A stretch of 64,000 bases of DNA, taken from Candidatus Thorarchaeota archaeon. Its GTDB lineage: Archaea; Asgardarchaeota; Thorarchaeia; Thorarchaeales; Thorarchaeaceae. Positions within the stretch are counted from its first letter, which is position 1; every line of letters begins with the position of its first letter. Positions 58,966-64,000 of this stretch are shown piece by piece. Made by a program: the position numbers and the translations under genes. Under the pieces are notes generated by a model. It was not told where the DNA came from and ran no database searches. It was given only the letters and a program-made list of their open reading frames with translations. The stretch spans positions 224,001 through 288,000 of the forward strand of contig JAWOEX010000028.1 of the NCBI GenBank assembly GCA_046482545.1, written 5' to 3'.

Positions 58966-59919
58966 ATGGGCCACAAGAAGAAGAACGGCAAGAAAAAGTC
59001 TGACAAAGATGAGGAGTTCACATGTCCGGAATGTGGAGGACATAAGCTCATAGAAGATCTAGAAAAGGGCGAGAAAATCTGTGCATCCTGTGGACTGGTA
59101 ATAAGCGAAAGGCACATGGATACTGGCCCAGAGTGGCGAGCGTTTACTTCAGAAGAACGGAAAACCCGTGCGAGAGCAGGGGCACCGGCTGATTATACAA
59201 AGCATGACAAAGGTCTCTCCACTATGATTGATTGGCGCGATCGTGATGCTCAGGGGAAAGGCTTCTCGGCGAAAAGACGTTCTGAAATCTACAGACTTCG
59301 AAGATGGCAAATTCGGACGAGAGTTCACAGCTCAGTAGAACGAAATCTAGCTCAAGCAATGAGCGAGCTCGATAGACTCGCATCCCAATTGAAGCTAAGC
59401 AAGGGTATAAAGGAACTGGCGGCTCTTCTATATAGGAAACTCATTGTGGAGAAGCTGATTCGTAGCAGGTCTATTGAGGCCATGGTAGCCGCAGCAGCCT
59501 ATGCTGCGTGTAGACTCAGAGAGGCTCCGCGATCGCTTGATGAAATTGCGAGAGAATCACGAATAAGCAGAAAGAAAATCGGACGCCATTATAGGCTCTT
59601 GGTTGAAAAACTGAACCTGCGAATGCCCATATCGGATCCTGTGAACTATGTGCCTCGATTGATAGCCGAATTGAATCTTCCAAGCACAGTTCACGAGAAG
59701 GTCATGGAAATCCTCGAGGCGGCAAAGAAGAAACACAGCCTTGTAACAGGAAAAGACCCGAGGGGGCTGGCTGCTGCAGCAATCTACATAGCTTCCATTA
59801 TTGTGGATCACAAGGCTACACAGCGAGAAATTGCTGCTGCCGCAGGAGTTACAGAGGTCACGGTCCGCAATAGATACAAAGAACTTGTAGAGAAGCTGAA
59901 TATCTCGCTGAACCCTTAG
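58966..59919 (+). CDS. tfb: Transcription initiation factor IIB (copy 1)
   Basis: CPECG/CASCG Zn ribbon, GPEWRAF, HDKGLST, GVTEVTVRNRYKE. Confidence 0.96.
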   Translation: MGHKKKNGKKKSDKDEEFTCPECGGHKLIEDLEKGEKICASCGLVISERHMDTGPEWRAFTSEERKTRARAGAPADYTKHDKGLSTMIDWRDRDAQGKGFSAKRRSEIYRLRRWQIRTRVHSSVERNLAQAMSELDRLASQLKLSKGIKELAALLYRKLIVEKLIRSRSIEAMVAAAAYAACRLREAPRSLDEIARESRISRKKIGRHYRLLVEKLNLRMPISDPVNYVPRLIAELNLPSTVHEKVMEILEAAKKKHSLVTGKDPRGLAAAAIYIASIIVDHKATQREIAAAAGVTEVTVRNRYKELVEKLNISLNP

Positions 59920-59931
59920 CAGGAACCGGAA

Positions 59932-60531
59932 CTACTCGTCATTGAGTTCGTCCAAGGTTTCAAAGAAATTGCGCGTAAGGAAGGAACGGTACTCGAAACC
60001 ACCCCATCCACTTTCCACCATCAGCTGGTCAACTGAACCAAGCATTTCTTCTCGTGACATCAGGCGTACGTTATAGATTTCGTAGTCATCGATGATTTCC
60101 ATATTGCCATCAGTGGCCTCTGCCAAGAAGACCAGAGAACGCCAAGGGATTGTCTCATCGGGGCATTTCACTTCAAGCCGGACGTCCATGACAAATCTTG
60201 TGAGATCCACCTTGAGCCCGGTTTCTTCATGCATCTCTCTCTCTGCTGCCTCTTCCAAGTCCTCATCTGGATGAGCTCCACCGGAAGGGGCACGATAGAT
60301 ACCGGTTTGGGCGTATTGATGCTTCTGAATTACAACGTATTGGTCATCTTTCTGGATGAAACACGTGATGTCATGGTTGCGTCCTTTTGCGGCACTCCGT
60401 CGTACTAGCTCGCATTCGAAATCCAGAAAATCAGCAGAGAAGACGAATACCTGTGGATTACCGTATTTCGATATCATCTCCTTGACCTGATCATCGAACG
60501 TTCGGTTGGGTAGATGTTCCATATGCATCAT
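59932..60531 (-). CDS. Nudix hydrolase
   Basis: PSGG...EDLEEAAEREMHEETGL Nudix box. Confidence 0.9.
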   Translation of the reverse strand: MMHMEHLPNRTFDDQVKEMISKYGNPQVFVFSADFLDFECELVRRSAAKGRNHDITCFIQKDDQYVVIQKHQYAQTGIYRAPSGGAHPDEDLEEAAEREMHEETGLKVDLTRFVMDVRLEVKCPDETIPWRSLVFLAEATDGNMEIIDDYEIYNVRLMSREEMLGSVDQLMVESGWGGFEYRSFLTRNFFETLDELNDE

Positions 60532-60877
60532 GTTAGAATTGATGGTACAAAGAGCTTAGGGTAAGGAAACAGAATTCATGAAGATGTTTAACCTCGTTTG
60601 CATCATTGTACTAGAGACCAGTCAGCGATAATCTTAAATTGGATTATTCGTATAATTATAGCACAGGAAAAGAAAAACTCTAGATGAGTCTCCAGATGCC
60701 TACTTTTCATCGAAAAATTTATTAGTGCAGATTCTAGACTAATAAATATAACGGAAGTCTGAGGGTCTGCTTCAACCGTTCTATCACACTGGCGCCACTA
60801 CTAACTGGATTTCTACTGTGCTGGAGCTATTTGGAGATAGGATACCGGACGTACCGACAACGGAGAGATAATAGGAG

Positions 60878-61831
60878 ATGGCAGCTAACACAAAATCGGT
60901 AGAGAAGAAAAGAAAAGGGTCAGCTGAATTCACGTGCCCAGAGTGTGGTGGGCATGATGTAGTGCAGGACCTAGAGAAAGGGGAGAAGATTTGCGCGACA
61001 TGTGGCCTTGTAGTCAGCGATCACAGAATCGACAAGGGGCCGGACTGGCGAGCTTTCACTACAGAAGAAAGAAATGCCAGAGCAAGAGCAGGAGCTCCCA
61101 CTAACTACACTATCCACGATAAGGGACTCAGTACAATGATTGACTGGAGAGATCTTGACTCCTCTGGGAAGCGATTCTCAGCTAAAAAGCGCGCACAGAT
61201 TTACAGACTTAGAAAATGGCAGATTCGAACACGGGTACATAGCTCCGTTGACCGAAACCTTGCACAGGCTATGACCGAACTAGACCGGTTAACCTCACAG
61301 CTTGGCTTGAAGAAGAGCATCAAGGAGCTTGCGGCGCTCCTATATAGAAAACTCATCGTAAAACGGCTCGTGAGGAGCAGATCCATCGATGCCATGGTTG
61401 GAGCTGCAATCTATGCAGCGTGCAGGTTGAGAGAAGCTCCGCGGTCTCTTGAAGAAATCGCAGATCATTCACGTGTCAGCAAGAAGAAGATCGGCAAGCA
61501 CTATCGTCTATTGGTACGCAAGCTTAAACTCAAGATGCCGATTTCAACGCCCTCAAATTATGTTCCGCGTTTTATCACCGAGCTTGACTTGCCCGGACAT
61601 GTGCAGGAGAAGGTTCTTGAAATCCTTGACGCGGCACAGCAGAAAAAGCGGTTGATTACTGGTCGTGACCCACGAGGGCTTGCGGCTGCTGCGATCTATA
61701 TCGCTTCGATTGTCACCGACCATCGTGTGACACAACGCGATATCGCCTCTGCTGCTGGCGTGACTGAAGTGACTGTTCGGAATAGGTACAAAGAGCTCGT
61801 TGACGAACTGAACATCAGGATGACCCCGTAA
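60878..61831 (+). CDS. tfb: Transcription initiation factor IIB (copy 2)
   Basis: CPECG/CATCG, GPDWRAF, HDKGLST, GVTEVTVRNRYKE. Confidence 0.96.
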   Translation: MAANTKSVEKKRKGSAEFTCPECGGHDVVQDLEKGEKICATCGLVVSDHRIDKGPDWRAFTTEERNARARAGAPTNYTIHDKGLSTMIDWRDLDSSGKRFSAKKRAQIYRLRKWQIRTRVHSSVDRNLAQAMTELDRLTSQLGLKKSIKELAALLYRKLIVKRLVRSRSIDAMVGAAIYAACRLREAPRSLEEIADHSRVSKKKIGKHYRLLVRKLKLKMPISTPSNYVPRFITELDLPGHVQEKVLEILDAAQQKKRLITGRDPRGLAAAAIYIASIVTDHRVTQRDIASAAGVTEVTVRNRYKELVDELNIRMTP

Positions 61832-61840
61832 TAGTATAGC

Positions 61841-61887
61841 AATTGGTTGCAGCAGCATTGCGACCAATTCCCCTCTTTCTTATTTTT
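61841..61887 (+). terminator. Hairpin + pyrimidine tract after tfb copy 2
   Basis: AATTGGTTGCA-GCAGCAT-TGCGACCAATT then CCCCTCTTTCTTATTTTT. Confidence 0.65.
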
Positions 61888-62129
61888 CGAGTAATCTCAG
61901 CATACCAATTATGTGATTTGATTCTATAGGTCTAATCTTGATGAAGAGTGTCCCGCATCGAGAGCTGATTTGTCCTCAGGCGATAGCTAGCTCCTTAGAC
62001 ACAAGCGAAATTCAAAACCGGACTAGTTGATGAGCTAAATATACGGATGAACGGCTAATTGAGTAATGTGCGTTAGAATCCCTAGAACAGTATCTTTGTT
62101 TTTCTTGAGAGTGGAATAACTCGGCAAGG

Positions 62130-62537
62130 TTACGGTTCGATTTTCTTGCAACAGTCATGATACGGGAGAAACTCTTTCAGAAGAACAACTCTATCAGTAT
62201 CGAGAATGACATCAGTTTCGAGATTCTCGCTGTTGATCTGATACATGAACTCTCGGCACCGGCCACATGGCGAAAGTATGTAGATATCGCCTTGCTCATC
62301 CTGATACACCGCCACGAATTTGTAGATTCGAGATTCGCCTGCCGTAATCATGGACCCGATGGTGTTATGTTTAGCACAGAATCCCATGCTGGAGCTGGTG
62401 TCAATGCAAACGCCGCGGTATATGGTCCCGGTCTCAGTAACGAGAGCGCTCCCCACATTTCCTATTGTGAATTCTCCACTCTGTCCAGGATTGATAACAG
62501 AAACTGCTTCTTCAATGAGCTCTGAGTTGGTTGCCAT
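62130..62537 (-). CDS. Cytidine deaminase-family protein with catalytic Glu replaced by Lys
   Basis: VGSAL, GFCAKH (normally CAEH), SPCGRCRE. Confidence 0.85.
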   Translation of the reverse strand: MATNSELIEEAVSVINPGQSGEFTIGNVGSALVTETGTIYRGVCIDTSSSMGFCAKHNTIGSMITAGESRIYKFVAVYQDEQGDIYILSPCGRCREFMYQINSENLETDVILDTDRVVLLKEFLPYHDCCKKIEP

Positions 62538-62690
62538 GAGATGATTTCCCGTCTTCATCTATTTAACAGCGTCTGTTTGCAAAGTTCAGGCATAGGTCAC
62601 CAAATCCCAGTTGCATTAGGGACTGCATGGTTTCCATACCCTTTTACGTAATAACATCCAAGTGTATCCAATGTTGTCGAGGTCATAATC

Positions 62691-63218
62691 TTGAAGAGAA
62701 TACTGGGTTCGCTCGAGATCAGCGTAGTGAAGGGAGACATCAGTGAATCTGATGCTGATGCTATTGTGAATGCTGCAAACTCACGCTTATGGATGGGTGC
62801 AGGAGTTGCCGGGGCTATCAAGCGCCGCGGTGGAACGATAATAGAAGAGGAAGCCATGGTAAAGGGGCCAATAAACCCGGGAGAAGCAGTCATAACAAGT
62901 GGGGGCAAGCTCAAAGCGAAGAATGTCGTTCACTGTGCCGGAATGGCTCCAAATAGGAAAGCAACAACGGAATATGTTGCTGATTCGGTTAAAGCAGGTT
63001 TGGAACTTGCAGACACAAAGGGAGCACAGACGATAGCAATTCCAGCAATTGGAGCAGGGGTAGGCGGACTGGACTATGAGCAATCGGCTTCTGCAATACT
63101 AGAAGGAATTTCAGAATTCGCGAGTGAAGCCGAGTCACTCAAGAAGATTATCCTAGTAGCGTACAGTGACGATGCCAAGGAAGTTTTCGAACAGCAAATC
63201 GAACATTTGGAACAATGA
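62691..63218 (+). CDS. Macrodomain (ADP-ribose-binding/hydrolase) protein
   Basis: GDI, DAIVNAAN, GAGVAGAI, PAIGAGVGG. Confidence 0.93.
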   Translation: MKRILGSLEISVVKGDISESDADAIVNAANSRLWMGAGVAGAIKRRGGTIIEEEAMVKGPINPGEAVITSGGKLKAKNVVHCAGMAPNRKATTEYVADSVKAGLELADTKGAQTIAIPAIGAGVGGLDYEQSASAILEGISEFASEAESLKKIILVAYSDDAKEVFEQQIEHLEQ

Positions 63219-63454
63219 ACAATTGGAGTCATAGAGCATCGAGTCGATAGAGGTCACTATAGGCATATCACAACCTGAAGATGCCAAATTCCACTTGGCA
63301 GTCAATGTCACAAGAAACACGCAATTGAGCATTTAGATGAGCTGACTGAAGACACAGGTGAGCTTGAAGTGCTGCCCGATTAATCTGCAGTTGCTTTACT
63401 CAGCATGGAGCGACCCCCTCCCAGCCATTGCTGCAAAAGCAAAGGGCGTTGCTT

Positions 63455-64000
63455 CTACATTCTCAATCTACGCCTAGCGACGCTAGCAGATTTGACCAGC
63501 GGATCCCAAGTATCGCAGATTGCAGGAGCATAGCAGTTCTCAAAATCAAACAGCTCCACAGCATTGATTTCCTGCTGGATTCCGAGGGTAATCACATTGA
63601 GTCTCATTGCAGCGTCTTCTAATCCGACCAGCTGGCCGCCCACAAGCTTGCCTTCCGATTTGGTGTAGTAAGTCTTGACTTTGATATCCTTGCCACCAAC
63701 ATAGTAAGGAGGTTTGGTTTCACCTTTGATAGAACCCTTCTTGACTTTCACATCGAACTCATCAGCAAGATGTTCAGTCAGACCGGTACTCGCTATCTCC
63801 ATGCCGAAAAGTTTAGTCACCTTTGCACCGACAATACCCGGAAAGATTGCATCGCCACCCGCTGCATTGATGCCAGCCACCCGACCTTGTCGAACAGCAA
63901 CGGTCCCAAGCCCACCAACCATGGGATTACCAGTAATGAATTCCTTGTGTTCAACACAATCGCCGCAAGCGTAGACATCCTCGATACTAGTCATCATCGT
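63455..64000 (-). CDS. CoA-disulfide reductase/NADH oxidase family flavoprotein, C-terminal part (runs off the right edge)
   Basis: TSIEDVYACGD, A.RQGR, dimerisation domain with YAP motif. Confidence 0.88.
   Translation of the reverse strand, partial: TMMTSIEDVYACGDCVEHKEFITGNPMVGGLGTVAVRQGRVAGINAAGGDAIFPGIVGAKVTKLFGMEIASTGLTEHLADEFDVKVKKGSIKGETKPPYYVGGKDIKVKTYYTKSEGKLVGGQLVGLEDAAMRLNVITLGIQQEINAVELFDFENCYAPAICDTWDPLVKSASVARRRLRM

Noticed and set aside
1-64000. CRISPR arrays, rRNA, transposases/integrases
   Set aside because: No regularly spaced repeats, rRNA signatures or recombinase/transposase motifs were seen by eye. The remaining short ORFs in the track are antisense or alternate-frame shadows of the called genes.

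Overview
This is an archaeal chromosomal window, most likely from an Asgard archaeon (Thorarchaeota-like). That assignment is inferred from longin/small-GTPase fusions, a lineage-typical LRR remnant, tandem Lrp-like proteins, two TFBs, Sec11 and DpsL. Most of 14.6-64 kb is housekeeping or metabolic: aspA, ggt, AOR with MoaD/ThiF, kbl, ppa, nadA, an NAD kinase-HTH fusion, a beta-CASP nuclease, tRNA-Cys, GH3, cysS, a LarA-like protein, feoA/split feoB/feoC, two tfb, Nudix and a macrodomain. The most unusual part is 1-14.6 kb, with four elements. (i) A translationally coupled minus-strand operon of unknown genes with a divergent RadA, a Zn-ribbon/wHTH protein, an XPD/Rad3 helicase and a membrane protein, plus a nearby RadA paralog lacking Walker A. 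(ii) An unannotated ~500-nt, extensively base-paired RNA candidate (9601-10106, minus). (iii) Two identical boxes (16 and 21 bp) at exactly the same spacing upstream of both the operon and the RNA. (iv) A 10-codon gene (MIPDWPDVPW), missing from the ORF track, with its own GAGGTG Shine-Dalgarno and hairpin terminator, lying between two convergent tandem-Lrp-like regulators. Together these suggest, as a hypothesis, a peptide-signalled recombination/DNA-exchange regulon. The ORF track gives the GH3 gene (48627-50684) as + strand; the sequence shows it is on the minus strand.
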